Positions 9,057 to 18,028 of a stretch of 32,000 nucleotides of DNA are shown piece after piece. A program made the position numbers and the translations under genes. Position 1 is the stretch's first letter; every line of letters starts with the position of its first letter. The stretch spans positions 750,001 through 782,000 of the forward strand of contig NC_003551.1 of NCBI RefSeq assembly GCF_000007185.1, written 5' to 3'. The DNA is from Methanopyrus kandleri AV19. Lineage in GTDB: Archaea > JAADCQ01 > Methanopyri > Methanopyrales > Methanopyraceae. The notes beneath the pieces are model-generated. The model searched no databases and was not told where the DNA came from. It saw only the letters and a list, made by a program, of their open reading frames with translations.

Positions 9057-10315
9057 GGATCGCGATACTCGGCGGTACCGGCGCCATGGGCCGTCTTATC
9101 GCCCGCGAGCTCCGTGACGACGGTCATGAGGTAGTTATCACTGGTTCTAACCCTCACACCGCCGAACGCGTCGCCCGCGAGCTCGACGTCGAGGCTGCTC
9201 CGACCAACGTCGATGCCGCCAAAGATGCCGACGTTGTGGTGGTTTCCGTCCCCATCTCCGTGACTGAAGACGTCATCCGTGAGGTCGCACCACACGTTCC
9301 TGAGGGTTCCCTCCTCACCGACGTGACCTCCGTCAAGGTTCGTCCCGTTCGCGCTATGCTCGAGCACGCTCCCGAGGATGTGTACGTCCTCGGAACTCAC
9401 CCCCTCTTCGGCCCCACGGTCCCCAGTCTCCGCGGTCAGACCGTCATCCTCACGCCCACGGAGCGTAGTGGTCCCTGGACTCGCCGCGTTCGTCGTTATC
9501 TCGAGCGGAAAGGCGCTCGAGTCGTTGAGACCACCCCGGAGGAACACGATCGCACTATGGCCGTCGTTCAGTGCCTCACCCATGCTGTCCTCCTCGCTGC
9601 AGGCGCCGCCATAGGCCGTTTCCTCCCAAGTCTCGAGCTCGACATCGAAGAGGTCGCCAGCCCCGTGTATCGCCTACTCATGGACGTCGTGGGTCGTATC
9701 GCCGGGCAGGATCCACGTCTTTACGCCGAGATCCAAGCCTTCAACCCCTACGGTGACGAAGCCCGTGAAGAGCTCCTCCGCGCCCTCAGACGCTTCCACG
9801 AGCACGCCCACGACCATAACGCCCTTACCGAGTACATAGCGGAGAGCCGGGAGAGACTCGGCCGAGAGCTCGATCTCGAAGCCTGTCAGCGTCGTACCGA
9901 CAAACTCCTGTCGTACCTGGCCGACGAACTCAGGATCCTACAGGAGGGAATCGAGGCCATCCTCCTCGACGTGTACACGAACGAGGCCCTTGAGGGTGAG
10001 GTTACGGGTGATCGGGATACAATCCGATTAGACGGCCGTGAACTACCCCGAGACCGTTACAAGATCCTCCCAAGGTGTCCCAAAGAGCTTGCACACTTCG
10101 ACGGTGAAGTTACAGTTCTAGAGTTGCGTACAGGTGCGGATCCCGGGGACGTCGCGGCCGTAGTGGACGCTCTCGGCCGTAACTTGCGTGCACTACGGGC
10201 CGAGCGTCGGGGCGAACGTGTACGCGTTGAAGTCGAATACACCGGCAAGGAATCGCTCGAGGGATTACTCCGAAAGCTACGCGCCCTGGGACTGGAAGTG
10301 CGGGTTGCTCGATGA
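9053..10315 (+). CDS. Prephenate dehydrogenase-like protein (TyrA family) with an additional C-terminal region
   Basis: RIAILGGTGAMGRLIARELRDDGHEV nucleotide-binding fold; GTHPLFGPTVPSLRGQTVILTP. Start ATG 9053 overlaps upstream TGA (ATGA). Confidence 0.85.
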   Translation: MRIAILGGTGAMGRLIARELRDDGHEVVITGSNPHTAERVARELDVEAAPTNVDAAKDADVVVVSVPISVTEDVIREVAPHVPEGSLLTDVTSVKVRPVRAMLEHAPEDVYVLGTHPLFGPTVPSLRGQTVILTPTERSGPWTRRVRRYLERKGARVVETTPEEHDRTMAVVQCLTHAVLLAAGAAIGRFLPSLELDIEEVASPVYRLLMDVVGRIAGQDPRLYAEIQAFNPYGDEAREELLRALRRFHEHAHDHNALTEYIAESRERLGRELDLEACQRRTDKLLSYLADELRILQEGIEAILLDVYTNEALEGEVTGDRDTIRLDGRELPRDRYKILPRCPKELAHFDGEVTVLELRTGADPGDVAAVVDALGRNLRALRAERRGERVRVEVEYTGKESLEGLLRKLRALGLEVRVAR

Positions 10316-10352
10316 TAGGCACACGTCGGACTCCGGGTTTCAACTGGACTTT

Positions 10353-10358
10353 AAAAAA
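10353..10358 (-). terminator. Poly-T tract (TTTTTT on the - strand) just downstream of the fsr stop
   Basis: aaaaaa on the + strand at 10353-10358, a few bases beyond the fsr TAA (10363-10365), in a 47-bp convergent gap. Confidence 0.55.
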
Positions 10359-10362
10359 GTGT

Positions 10363-12369
10363 TTATTGGGAGAGGACCCGCCGGATCGCCTCTGTGAACT
10401 GTCGAAGTCCGTGTTTGCGGATCGTGTCGGCCAACCGCTCTTTCTGCGGTTCTTCCGCCAGTTCCCGATACGTTTCGATCACGGTGTGAGCGATCGTAGG
10501 TATGCTGTCAGGGTCGGCGAAAACGTCCAACCTGGCTCCTTCGACGGGTTCTCGCCCTCCTTTACCCCCGATCCAGACGATGATGCCCTCCTTCTCGGCG
10601 TACCTGGCTTCCTCCGGACAGACGTTGATACACTTGCCACAGTAGACGCAACGCTTGTAATCGGTGTCCGCCACCGCCGCCTGTCCTCCCACAGTGATGA
10701 TTCGGATCGCGTCGACCTTACAGGCATCCACACACTGACCGCATCCAGTGCACTTCTCCGGGTCCACTCCGGGCCTCACGGCGCCGGCGAAACCGAGGTC
10801 ATGGTGTTGAGGTCGAACGCAGCTGTTCGTGCATCCGGATAGCGCGATCTTGAACTTATACGGGGTGGGCTCTTCCGCTAGTTCTTCCTCTAGCTTTCTG
10901 GCGAGCTCTTCGGTGTTCAAAATGCCCGAAGAGCAGTTGTCCTTCCCCGGGCATGCCATGATCGTTCGGACGAGGGGACCCTCGGACCCCGTGTTCAGTC
11001 CGGTCTCTCGGAGCCGTTCCACGACTTCGGGTATCTCTGTAGCTGGGATACCATGGATCTCGAGCTGCTGCCGGTCGGTGAACTTGGCCCTGTAACCTTC
11101 TTCGAGGAACCCCGAAATCGCCCGGAAGATGTCGGGATCGTCGACCCAGCCACCTGGACCGACCTTTAGCCTGACCGCAAAGGTACCGTCCGCCCGGGTG
11201 ATGACTCCTCCGTAGTCTCCGACCCAAAACGGTGGAACTTTCCGCCCCTCTTTCAGCCGATTCTTCGCCTCTTTCATGGCCCAGTCGCACTTGAGCTTTG
11301 CGAGCCTTCGCACATCCGACCCGTTAACGGCATCTCGAAGCCGTAGATACCCGGCCTCGACAGCACCTTCAACGAGTTCTTCACCGGTCTCGCTGCGGAT
11401 GAGGAGGGTGGTAACTCCTTCGGGAGTTCCTACGGAGCCGACGGAGACGTCGGCTAGTCTGGCGGTGAAGTCGTTACAGATACGGCAGCCTTCGGGGATC
11501 GCCTCTTCAAACTCCTTCACATCGTACTCCTTAGTTTCACCGCCTGATATCTCGACGCGGAGCTTTCCTGAAGTGATATCGAATCGCTCCACGTCCTCGA
11601 TATCGACACCTTTCTCTCTCAGGAGCTTCACAAGGCCTTCGTACTCGAAGTTTTTGGTACAGAATAGTCCGATAGTGGCTACGACTTCCGGGAGCTTCTC
11701 GGCCGGACTCCCGTCGATGTTGCGCAAGGCCCGTGCGCCTTTAGCTACTATCTCGAAGTGCTGAATCTTTGCGAGCCCATTCACCTGGCAGGGGAGACCT
11801 ATCGCGAGCACACGCTCAATACCACGATCCGCGGCTTCAGCCAGAGCCTCAACCAGTCCAACGCGTGTGTACTTGGATCCGGCCAGGTCCTTCACCTTTT
11901 CGGGATCTTCTACGACGGTAACACACGGCTTCCAAGCGGAGCCGGCGGTCACTCCGACGACGGCATCGGCGAGACCTTCTTCGAGGGCGTATCGGGCTAG
12001 TGCCGTAACGGCGCCTCCATCTTGACCGAGTTCTCGGAGGTCGGAATCGGCGGCGACAGCCCCTACTGCACGCCGGTAACCGCCTGTGAGAGGTTCGTAG
12101 TCGCGGCCTGCGATACGTAGCCCGAGATGGTAGGCTGCGGTGTCGACACGCGGGCACACAGTGTGACAGTTACCTGTTCCCTTCCGGGCGCACTCCTCAG
12201 TGAGTCGCGGGCCCTCGTCCGTGAGCTCGATTATCCCGCCCGGGCAGATCGCGACACAAGTGCCGCATAGTGCACAGGCCCCGGGCTCGACGACTTCCTC
12301 GGTAAGTTTCCACTCGAATTCTTCTGTCAAGTAGTGTCCCCCGTGCTCTGATGTGACGATACTCCGCAC
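10363..12369 (-). CDS. fsr: Coenzyme F420-dependent sulfite reductase (Fsr): N-terminal FrhB/FpoF-like half fused to C-terminal dissimilatory-type siroheme sulfite reductase half
   Basis: CALCGTCVAICP; FrhB-like QDGGAVTALARYALE, AGSKYTRVG, GLPCQVNGLAK; siroheme/Fe4S4 motifs CPGKDNCSSG and CTNSC; ferredoxin clusters CTGCGQCVDAC and CVYCGKCINVCP. Confidence 0.93.
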   Translation of the reverse strand: MRSIVTSEHGGHYLTEEFEWKLTEEVVEPGACALCGTCVAICPGGIIELTDEGPRLTEECARKGTGNCHTVCPRVDTAAYHLGLRIAGRDYEPLTGGYRRAVGAVAADSDLRELGQDGGAVTALARYALEEGLADAVVGVTAGSAWKPCVTVVEDPEKVKDLAGSKYTRVGLVEALAEAADRGIERVLAIGLPCQVNGLAKIQHFEIVAKGARALRNIDGSPAEKLPEVVATIGLFCTKNFEYEGLVKLLREKGVDIEDVERFDITSGKLRVEISGGETKEYDVKEFEEAIPEGCRICNDFTARLADVSVGSVGTPEGVTTLLIRSETGEELVEGAVEAGYLRLRDAVNGSDVRRLAKLKCDWAMKEAKNRLKEGRKVPPFWVGDYGGVITRADGTFAVRLKVGPGGWVDDPDIFRAISGFLEEGYRAKFTDRQQLEIHGIPATEIPEVVERLRETGLNTGSEGPLVRTIMACPGKDNCSSGILNTEELARKLEEELAEEPTPYKFKIALSGCTNSCVRPQHHDLGFAGAVRPGVDPEKCTGCGQCVDACKVDAIRIITVGGQAAVADTDYKRCVYCGKCINVCPEEARYAEKEGIIVWIGGKGGREPVEGARLDVFADPDSIPTIAHTVIETYRELAEEPQKERLADTIRKHGLRQFTEAIRRVLSQ

Positions 12370-12387
12370 ACATCCACGAGGCTGGAT

Positions 12388-12398
12388 CTATATATACA
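12388..12398. promoter_or_regulatory. TATA-like element (ctatatataca) between divergent fsr and regulator genes
   Basis: Symmetric AT-rich box in an otherwise GC-rich 61-bp divergent spacer. Confidence 0.6.
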
Positions 12399-12430
12399 TT
12401 CCGATTAGGCTTAGACCGGTGGGGGTGCCG

Positions 12431-12814
12431 ATGCTCGCAGACGTTCCCTTCGTCACCGTCCGAAGGCTCAACGTTACGGTCCGGGACGTACTTAGATGCG
12501 TGCTCGGGCTTCGGGACGTCGAGGTAGACACGTACTTTGCATTGCTCGAGCGCGGTGAAGCCACGGTATACGATCTGGCGGAGGAACTAGATCGCGACCG
12601 TACGACGGTCCAAAAAGCGCTGAAAAGCCTGGTATACGCGGGTTTAGTCACGCGTCGCAAGGAAACCCGGCCGCGCGGTGGGTTCGTGTACGTGTACAAG
12701 GCGGTACCCTTTGAGGAGGCGCGGAAAATAGTCCTTAGGGCGCTCGACGAATGGTACGAGGCAGTAAAGGATGCTTTGGAGCGTGCGGATGTTCCGAGGT
12801 CCGGCCCGGAGTGA
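12431..12814 (+). CDS. Winged-helix transcriptional regulator (TrmB/MarR-like)
   Basis: VDTYFALLERGEATVYDLAEELDRDRTTVQKALKSLVYAGLVTRRKETRPRGGFVYVYK. Track ORF starts at 12353; ATG 12431 is downstream of the TATA-like box. Confidence 0.82.
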   Translation: MLADVPFVTVRRLNVTVRDVLRCVLGLRDVEVDTYFALLERGEATVYDLAEELDRDRTTVQKALKSLVYAGLVTRRKETRPRGGFVYVYKAVPFEEARKIVLRALDEWYEAVKDALERADVPRSGPE

Positions 12815-13422
12815 TTCAATCCCCTGACGGCACGTACGTGGTGAGGCTGGCACTTCCGCCGGGATTCGTCAAGGCTGAGATACTGAGGACCGTGGCGGAG
12901 CTCGCGGAACGGTACGCGAGCGGTGAAGTGCATATCACGGTGCGACAAGGTCTGGAGATCCCCGAGGTACCGCCGTCGAAGTTAGATGATCTCCTGCGTA
13001 AGCTCAGGGAGCTCGGCTTGGAGCCCGGATCGACGGGTCCTCGCGTTCGTCAGGTGACCTGCTGTCCGGGCACCAGGACGTGTGCCAACGCACTCACGGA
13101 CCCCGTACCATTGGCTCGGAAGTTGCACGAAGAGTTCTTGGACGTGTGGGTGCCGGCCAAAGTCAAGATCGCCGTCTCGGGTTGCCCTCGGGGCTGCACG
13201 CGGCCGAGTGAGAATGACCTGGGCCTGGTAGCAGTAGGTGGGGATGAATGGGAACTCCTGGTCGGGGGTTATAGAGTCGCTAGACTACCGGAACAGGACG
13301 TCATCGATGCCGTCGAGTTGACGCTCGAATGGTACGCCTCGGAAGCCCCACCAGGGACGAGGTTGCACCGGTTCGTTACGGATCGTGTTTCGGAACTTCG
13401 CGACGTGCTCGAGAGATTATGA
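12811..13422 (+). CDS. Small dissimilatory-sulfite-reductase-like protein (siroheme/Fe4S4 type, Dsr-LP)
   Basis: MIQSPDGTYVVRLALPPGFVKAEILR, ITVRQGLEIPEVPP, CCPGTRTCANALTD, SGCPRGCTRP. Start revised to GTG 12811 (GTGA overlap). Confidence 0.85.
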   Translation: MIQSPDGTYVVRLALPPGFVKAEILRTVAELAERYASGEVHITVRQGLEIPEVPPSKLDDLLRKLRELGLEPGSTGPRVRQVTCCPGTRTCANALTDPVPLARKLHEEFLDVWVPAKVKIAVSGCPRGCTRPSENDLGLVAVGGDEWELLVGGYRVARLPEQDVIDAVELTLEWYASEAPPGTRLHRFVTDRVSELRDVLERL

Positions 13423-14641
13423 GCCATAGGAACTGCCCGTACACCGGGAGCTTGAGGCCTATGTAGGCTCCTATCGATGCCGCGAGAAGCAACGGGACGA
13501 TCCAAACGGGCCTGCGTCGGTGCTGTGTAGGAAGTTCGCCTAGCCCTTCGGAGTATTCGACGTGGACCGTAGGTTCACCGTCTCTCGCGTAGAAGGCGAG
13601 TATGACCCCGGCGACCTCTAGAGAACGCTCCGTAGTCCTCACCACTCCGATTCCGGTCGGCGAGTAACCTGGCTCCTTTATCAACGTACCTTCCCTCACG
13701 ACCCCCAGTCTCGTTCCTTCAATCCTCACCTCGGCGGCCCGCAGCTCGGACCCTCCGTACACGATCAGGTATCGATCGACACCGTACGAGACGATCGCGG
13801 GCCGAACATCGGTAGCGTCAGCTACCTTCACGTCGGACGCTATTTTCCACGCCGTCCCCTTAACCAGTAGCGCTGCGTGTACACCGTCGGCGCCGACGTA
13901 CGCTAAAACGTTGTCCAAGAGAACGGGTCTCGTCCCCGGGACGGGGATTGGAGCACCGTCGATCGTCGGGTGGGCGGGATCGGTTAAGTTAACAGCCACG
14001 ACTTCGGTTCCCGCCGGAGTCTCGTACGCCACGAGGAGATACGTAGTCACAGGACGTCCGGCTACCGAAACGGAGAACCTCTCGACAGGACCTGGAGCGG
14101 ATAACTTGAGCTCCACGGGCTGACCTTGCTCGTCCGTGATCCATCTCCAGACGCCGTCGACGTTTCCGAACACCCTCACCCGCAGCTTCCCCTCGCACCG
14201 GTACACGAGTGCGAAGGTGGAATCGTCCACCCGGACCGGCACAGCCGCGTCGCCTCGGACACTCAATCCCGTCCACAGTACGGCGCAAACGTTGTCACTG
14301 TACTCGACGAGATCGACGTCGATCCTGGGCCCTTCCGGCGTCATGAGCGGTACAGTCAGCACGAACGTTGCCAGATCACGCTCCCCGCGCCATGGGGCCG
14401 CAGCCGGATAACTGGCCACGGGTGTCCTGATCCCGGTCTTGACTAGTACCCTCCCGTCGGCCTTCGCCACCGCTATGCCGAGTCCCTCAGGGGATTTCCA
14501 AGCTATCAACGCATGATCCGACTGGAGGGCGAGGGCCGGTGGATTGGATGCAGTCCCGGGACCCGGGACGTCCGCCGGGCCCAGCTCCGCCGCCTGAGAA
14601 GGACCCGCGAGCAGCAGTAACGTGAACAGCATCGGCAGCAT
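13376..14641 (-). CDS. Predicted secreted/membrane-anchored protein of unknown function
   Basis: N-terminal signal-peptide-like LPMLFTLLLLAGPSQA; beta-rich ectodomain; C-terminal TM segment WIVPLLLAASIGAYIGLKLPVYG. Confidence 0.7.
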   Translation of the reverse strand: MLPMLFTLLLLAGPSQAAELGPADVPGPGTASNPPALALQSDHALIAWKSPEGLGIAVAKADGRVLVKTGIRTPVASYPAAAPWRGERDLATFVLTVPLMTPEGPRIDVDLVEYSDNVCAVLWTGLSVRGDAAVPVRVDDSTFALVYRCEGKLRVRVFGNVDGVWRWITDEQGQPVELKLSAPGPVERFSVSVAGRPVTTYLLVAYETPAGTEVVAVNLTDPAHPTIDGAPIPVPGTRPVLLDNVLAYVGADGVHAALLVKGTAWKIASDVKVADATDVRPAIVSYGVDRYLIVYGGSELRAAEVRIEGTRLGVVREGTLIKEPGYSPTGIGVVRTTERSLEVAGVILAFYARDGEPTVHVEYSEGLGELPTQHRRRPVWIVPLLLAASIGAYIGLKLPVYGQFLWLIISRARREVPKHDP

Positions 14642-14700
14642 CCGAGGCCCCGGAAGCGAGTGGTGATGGCGGTGAATAAATTTCGCAAGGGGCTGAGAGG

Positions 14701-15237
14701 TTGGAACTTGAGCCGAGGACGGTAGTTCTCAGGCTGGGACATCGGCGCGAGCGGGACAAGCGGATCACGACGCACGTATGTCTGACGGCTCGAGCGTTCG
14801 GAGCCGCCGGTGTGCTGATCTCGGGTGACCATGATGAATCGGTGATCGAGTCCGTCGAGGACGTCGTCGAGCGATGGGGCGGCCCCTTCACCGTGCAGTG
14901 GGTGGGGAATTGGAGACGTGTGATCAAAGATTGGAAACGTTCGGGTGGATCCGTAGTTCACCTCACGATGTACGGTTTGCATATAGACGACGTGATCGGA
15001 GAGTTGCGAGGGGAGAATGAACTGCTCGTGATCGTAGGCGCCGGCAAGGTCCCTGCCGAGGTCTTCGAGCTTTCGGACTACAACGTCGCCATAGGCCATC
15101 AACCCCACTCCGAGGTGGCCGCGCTCGCCGTCTTTCTCGACCGACTCTACGAGGGCAAGGAACTTCATCGGGAGTTCGAGCGGGCTAGGTTGAGGGTCGT
15201 ACCCTCGGAGAAAGGGAAGAAGGTGGAGCGACTATGA
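14701..15237 (+). CDS. trm56: tRNA (cytidine(56)-2'-O)-methyltransferase (aTrm56)
   Basis: [91 protein letters not shown]. Confidence 0.93.
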   Translation: MELEPRTVVLRLGHRRERDKRITTHVCLTARAFGAAGVLISGDHDESVIESVEDVVERWGGPFTVQWVGNWRRVIKDWKRSGGSVVHLTMYGLHIDDVIGELRGENELLVIVGAGKVPAEVFELSDYNVAIGHQPHSEVAALAVFLDRLYEGKELHREFERARLRVVPSEKGKKVERL

Positions 15238-15932
15238 CGGTGGAGATCGCCGTGATATCGGACGTTCATTCGAACCTCGAGGCGCTGAAGCGGGTGCTGC
15301 GGGAAGTACGATCGGCCGACATGTTGGTGTGCTGCGGCGATATCGTGGGCTACGGTCCCCGACCCGTCGAGTGCGTGGACATCGTCCGCGAGTGGTGTGA
15401 CCGGTGCGTGATGGGTAACCACGACTACGGCGTCGTCACCGGAGATGTCGCTTACTTCAACATCGCCGCGCGGATAGCCGTAGAGTGGACTCGGCGCCAG
15501 CTAGACGAGGACAGGCGGGAGTTTCTGGCGAAGTTGCCGAAGACCGAGCGGTTCGAGGTGGAAGGGGTTTCGATCTTCCTGGTACACGGGAGTCCCAGGG
15601 ATCCGATATGGGAGTACGTGTTTCCACACACTCCCAGGCAGCTGCTGGAGAAACTGGTCGATAAGGCGGGTACGGACGTTCTCATCATGGGTCACACACA
15701 CGTGCCCATGTACGACGAGGTTAACGGTTCTTACGTCCTCAACCCCGGTAGCGTAGGTCAGCCCAGGGACGGTGACCCGAGGGCGGCATTCGGTATCCTC
15801 GAAGTCTCTAACGGCAGGATAGTCTCATGGGACGTACACAGGGTAGCCTACAACGTCGATCGGACCGCCCGCGAGATCGAAGAGCGCGGTCTGCCGGAGG
15901 AGCTGGGAGCGCGGCTGTACCGTGGAGTTTAG
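15234..15932 (+). CDS. Calcineurin-like metallophosphoesterase (YfcE/MJ0936-like family)
   Basis: [69 protein letters not shown]; ATGA overlap with trm56. Confidence 0.92.
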   Translation: MTVEIAVISDVHSNLEALKRVLREVRSADMLVCCGDIVGYGPRPVECVDIVREWCDRCVMGNHDYGVVTGDVAYFNIAARIAVEWTRRQLDEDRREFLAKLPKTERFEVEGVSIFLVHGSPRDPIWEYVFPHTPRQLLEKLVDKAGTDVLIMGHTHVPMYDEVNGSYVLNPGSVGQPRDGDPRAAFGILEVSNGRIVSWDVHRVAYNVDRTAREIEERGLPEELGARLYRGV

Positions 15933-16789
15933 ACATCTCGGAGTAGCTCTAACCCGTACTCGAGCGCTTCTAGGTTTCGTTCCGCGATGGATCGCCTGGG
16001 CCAGCTCTCCGGGCGCTCACACCAAGATCGCTGCGTCCGGTACACCCACTCCACACGATCCGGGGACGCGTATCCCTCACGACATAGCGTGTAGAGGACC
16101 TCGACGGCGGGCTTAGTGAACACGACCCCATACCCTCGTGCGGTCAGCTCCGCGAGGACCCATTCTACGCGCTCCGGTGGCACCTCCTGGTAAGGCCGGT
16201 GGGTCTTCTCGCCGTCGTCTATGAACGCGGGTTCCTCGCCGAGTAGTTCCGAAACTATGTGCGCCCCTAACCCTCGGGTTACCAGCGTAGGTACGTCGCC
16301 GGATCCCAGCCCCACGGTCGGACCGAAGAAGCGTACGCTGAGCCACTCGGATCCCAACAGTCTGTGCAGTTCCGGGTGGACTTTGGCGTACACTACCCGG
16401 TCTACCTCCTCCTTGTCCGCTTCTACTCCGTACATGTCTTCCAGTGGTTTCAGGTTCGCGTCCACAAGGATGTCGCGGCCCTTTTCCCGGTGTTCCACCG
16501 CTAGAGCCGTTTCGATAACGTCGACGCTCTCATCACGAAAAGCTACCAGTTCGACTATCGCCCCATCGTCTCGACGTGCTACGAAAGCCGTCACGATAGG
16601 GTAGCGTAAGTATGGTCCGACAGAGTCGACAACGAGCCGGCGACCGGGTTCCGACATCCGAACGCGATGGACGCCCCCTTCCCGAAGCGCCCGTCGCATC
16701 GTCTCGTGCGGATCCAAAATGCCGACCCCGTTCGGTCGGACCGTGGCCCCCTCCTCACGAGCTCGGAGCCGGGGTGGTAGGCTCGTCAT
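15929..16789 (-). CDS. Hypothetical protein
   Basis: Long ORF with typical acidic composition, filling the space between flanking genes; family not recognised. Confidence 0.6.
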   Translation of the reverse strand: MTSLPPRLRAREEGATVRPNGVGILDPHETMRRALREGGVHRVRMSEPGRRLVVDSVGPYLRYPIVTAFVARRDDGAIVELVAFRDESVDVIETALAVEHREKGRDILVDANLKPLEDMYGVEADKEEVDRVVYAKVHPELHRLLGSEWLSVRFFGPTVGLGSGDVPTLVTRGLGAHIVSELLGEEPAFIDDGEKTHRPYQEVPPERVEWVLAELTARGYGVVFTKPAVEVLYTLCREGYASPDRVEWVYRTQRSWCERPESWPRRSIAERNLEALEYGLELLRDV

Positions 16790-16836
16790 CCCGACACGGA
16801 CCCGTGTTCCAGGGGGAGTGTGTCCGGCCCGTCGGA

Positions 16837-16930
16837 CGGCCGTTCATCCGCTGCGAGACGGCCGGTCGCGGCCGCCGGGCGTGATTGTGCCGGACCGCAG
16901 CACGCCCGCCCTCATCTGTTTCAGGCGGGC
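16837..16930. repeat. Two GC-rich inverted repeats in the 131-bp intergenic region: cggccgt(16837-43)/acggccg(16858-64) and gcccgcc(16904-10)/ggcgggc(16924-30)
   Basis: Both 7-bp stems read directly, with 14- and 13-nt loops. Confidence 0.5.
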
Positions 16931-18012
16931 CCGTTCCTTCGGAGGCGACTCCCTTCCATAATAATTATCCCTTTAGAGTCCTCTAAAAACGGATGACACT
17001 GGAGAAGCGACACTAATAGGAACACTATGAACGGCACCTTCAGACGACCGAGGTAGCTGCCCAGAGACGGGTACCCCGGATCCAAGTCCGCGGTCGCATC
17101 GATCAGCTTCAAGATGATGGCGTAAAGTTTCCAAGGCATGTCGAGCCACGGGATTACCAGCGTCCACCCGAGCGCGTCGAGTAACGCGAATAACCACTTC
17201 CGATGGTCCGGACCTAGCAATGAAAGGTTCCATCCGACCCAGATGCCCGGGACGAAGAACGGCTCTCGCAACTTAACGGCCAAGCCTAGCAGGTTGCCGA
17301 GTACGGCTTTGCTCAAATCGTCTAACAGAGCGATCGGCGCCAGCTCGAGCGTGAGTACGAAATCGGACTCGATGGTTTCTAGCGCGTAGCGCGGACATTG
17401 GGCGGCCGTGACCAACACCGACAGCGTTACGAGCCCGAGCTCGATGAGATACCGCTCTACCGGGTACCGGCCCCGTATCAAAGCCTCCCACGCGATCTTA
17501 CCATCCGTCAGCGCACCGTGGATCTCGACCGGCATCAGGTTGAGGAGGTTATCCCAGGCGGAGTCGAACGCCCCTTGGGGATCCAGCGGACTCAGCGCGG
17601 CCGATATCAGAGCTCCGACCACCGGTCCCGCCATAGTGACCTCCGCGTCTTCTCGCGAGACGTTATCGAAGAACCTCGCGGGATCCTCGATGTAGAGCAG
17701 CATAGCCTCCTTATGCCGCTTCCTGAGCTCCTCCTCCGGAGTACCCGGGTCGTAAGGCCCCCTGGTGACGAATCCTATCGGAGGTTCCGCGTGGATGTCG
17801 ATGCACTTCCCGTCCCTACAGTGGAAGAGTATCTTCGGTGGAAACACGTCGAGCTGAACCTCGTCAATGCCCCCGTAGTACTCCGCCTCCACTAAGGCGT
17901 GACCTAGCTCGTGTGCCAGCGTTCCCGTCAAGTATACTGGGTTCATGAGGTCCGCGGACCCTGGAACCGCTGCGATCGATAGAATAAGTGCGACGATTGT
18001 GATCCGTTGCAA
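16921..18012 (-). CDS. Predicted membrane protein with HExxH motif (LAHELGHALVEAEYYGG), putative metalloprotease
   Basis: Start revised to TTG 18012, giving MQRITIVALILSIAAVPGSADLMNPVYLTGTLAHELGHALV; several hydrophobic segments. Confidence 0.68.
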   Translation of the reverse strand: MQRITIVALILSIAAVPGSADLMNPVYLTGTLAHELGHALVEAEYYGGIDEVQLDVFPPKILFHCRDGKCIDIHAEPPIGFVTRGPYDPGTPEEELRKRHKEAMLLYIEDPARFFDNVSREDAEVTMAGPVVGALISAALSPLDPQGAFDSAWDNLLNLMPVEIHGALTDGKIAWEALIRGRYPVERYLIELGLVTLSVLVTAAQCPRYALETIESDFVLTLELAPIALLDDLSKAVLGNLLGLAVKLREPFFVPGIWVGWNLSLLGPDHRKWLFALLDALGWTLVIPWLDMPWKLYAIILKLIDATADLDPGYPSLGSYLGRLKVPFIVFLLVSLLQCHPFLEDSKGIIIMEGSRLRRNGPA

Positions 18013-18028
18013 GGGGAGCTCCCCTTGC
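18009..18028. promoter_or_regulatory. Perfect 20-bp palindrome gcaaggggagctccccttgc overlapping the start regions of both divergent genes
   Basis: Left half GCAAGGGGAG is the exact reverse complement of right half CTCCCCTTGC. Confidence 0.7.

Noticed and set aside
8966-9583. 205-aa ORF on the - strand
   Set aside because: Antisense to the radical SAM and TyrA-like genes and contains no recognisable motif.
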